This document shows, in pieces, positions 63,201 through 64,000 of a stretch of DNA of 64,000 nt. This DNA comes from Tubulanus polymorphus. Its lineage: Eukaryota > Animalia > Nemertea. Location: the NCBI RefSeq assembly GCF_964204645.1, contig NC_134034.1, positions 11,482,962 through 11,546,961 on the forward strand. The letters are read 5' to 3'. The notes below the pieces were generated by a model. It was not told the DNA's origin. It ran no database searches and was given only the letters and a program-made list of their open reading frames with translations. How positions within the stretch are numbered: position 1 is the stretch's first letter; each line of letters begins with the position of its first letter. The position numbers were made by a program, and so were the translations under genes.

Positions 63201-63403
63201 TCCTACCGTTGTTGATGTCGCCGACGCTCGAAGATCAAGAGCGCCATCTACTGGTTAAAGTCATCGATCGTATATTGTATAAACTGGACGACCTCGTTCG
63301 GCCGTACGTTCACAAGATTCTCGTCGTCATCGAGCCGTTGTTGATCGACGAGGATTATTACGCGAGGGTCGAGGGACGCGAGATCATCTCTAATCTAGCT
63401 AAG
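54268..63403 (+). CDS. SF3B1: Splicing factor 3B subunit 1, 5' part (continues beyond window); exons 54268-54289, 54855-55042, 55386-55478, 56180-56294, 59579-59658, 60245-60665, 61225-61563, 61686-61807, 62217-62417, 63035-63403
   Basis: [17 protein letters not shown]; RIADREDEY; KRRRWDQ and RWDETP ULM motifs; TP repeats; [17 protein letters not shown]; [59 protein letters not shown]. Confidence 0.98.
56466..56574. mobile_element. About 110-bp Harbinger-like MITE (relatives at 41887-41996, 37150-37265, 28565-28662, 53325-53426, 63810-63951)
   Basis: GGATCCAGTTCCACAGTTCTGAGTTA...TAACTCACAACCGTGGAACCGGGCC. Confidence 0.7.
56883..57170. mobile_element. Second copy of the piggyBac-type MITE, inverted
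   Basis: TCAA|CCCTTTCAGCGC...GCACGGAAAGGG|TTAA; internal sequence is the reverse complement of 61854-62134. Confidence 0.85.
57603..57666 (+). other. Candidate 64-nt frameshifting (poison) cassette exon in SF3B1 intron 4
   Basis: Acceptor ttttctttcccccgtgcag and donor gtatgc; inclusion gives GCG TGG TAA at the start of exon 5. Confidence 0.4.
60705..61160 (+). repeat. Repeat with about 90-bp tandem subunits (relatives at 55520-56070 and 58540-58680)
   Basis: Recurrent gaatttgaatttt..tgtcttgttcttg...ggaacctcttgataagaaacagcc...gaggatatctt. Confidence 0.7.
61854..62134. mobile_element. piggyBac-type MITE in an SF3B1 intron
   Basis: TTAA|CCCTTTCAGTGC...GCACTGAAAGGG|TTAA. Confidence 0.85.
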
Positions 63404-63549
63404 GTAAACTAAACCCGGTCCAGGATAGCCACTGACCCGAGAAACTCGGAAATGTAAATCGGGGAAACTTGAAGAGAATTTGGCAAATTCTAGGCCGGAA
63501 AGCTGGGGGAATCACAAATCTGGAATGAATTTTGAAGAAAAAAATCCTG

Positions 63550-63662
63550 GGCCCGGTTTTATAGACTGGTATTACCTTTACACCCGGTGGTTAACTCGTT
63601 TGAAAAAAAAATCGAGTTAATCGCCCAGGGTTAAAGATAATACCAGCCCATAAAACCGGGCC
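63550..63662. mobile_element. PIF/Harbinger-type MITE
   Basis: CTG|GGCCCGGTTTTAT...ATAAAACCGGGCC|CTG, a 3-bp CWG duplication. Confidence 0.75.
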
Positions 63663-64000
63663 CTGCTTCGGATAACGCTACCGACCACGCGTTTCTTAAA
63701 CAACACGTGAAAAATGAATAGTTCATGAAATTTTAAACCCCGAAAATTTCTCTCAATTCACTCGCCGCAGAATCACTCGGAGAATTTCTCCATTCACTAG
63801 GATTCATTTCCCACAGTTGTTAGAGTTTTAAACTGATTGAAACGAATTGAAAATGAATTAATTTTAACTCAGAGTTAACTGTTAACTCTTAGTTAGAATT
63901 AGTTCATTTTAAATGAGTCGAATCTTAACTCGAGCCTGTGGAACTGGGTCCTGCAAAGTCAGGGAAACTCGGCGAAATTGTTTTTAATGGGGGATGTGCC

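Overview
Intron-rich, repeat-rich animal DNA (probably an invertebrate; the taxon cannot be fixed from this window). It holds three host genes: a 12-exon calcitonin-receptor-like class B GPCR (+, 1639-43637), a 12-exon SCPEP1/RISC-like serine carboxypeptidase (-, 44851-52103) and the 5' part of SF3B1 (+, from 54268). The last GPCR intron carries a complete 9,741-bp DNA transposon (32113-41853) with TATGG...CCATA ends and an ATATAT 6-bp target duplication, matching IS3EU. Its 0.9-1.5 kb inverted termini are arrays of E2F-like palindromes. It encodes two convergent genes: an intact SAM + HECT E3 ligase and a spliced DDE integrase-type transposase broken by a stop codon. The ligase's first coding exon could splice in frame onto the GPCR. 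Three repeat families fold as minimal type I hammerhead ribozymes of the Penelope-like kind, including a 69-bp tandem array in the sense strand of a GPCR intron and U3-A8 core variants. A 36-nt in-frame cassette exon candidate lies in GPCR intracellular loop 1, and a frameshifting poison-exon candidate lies in SF3B1 intron 4. Exon structures were read by hand and no database searches were run.
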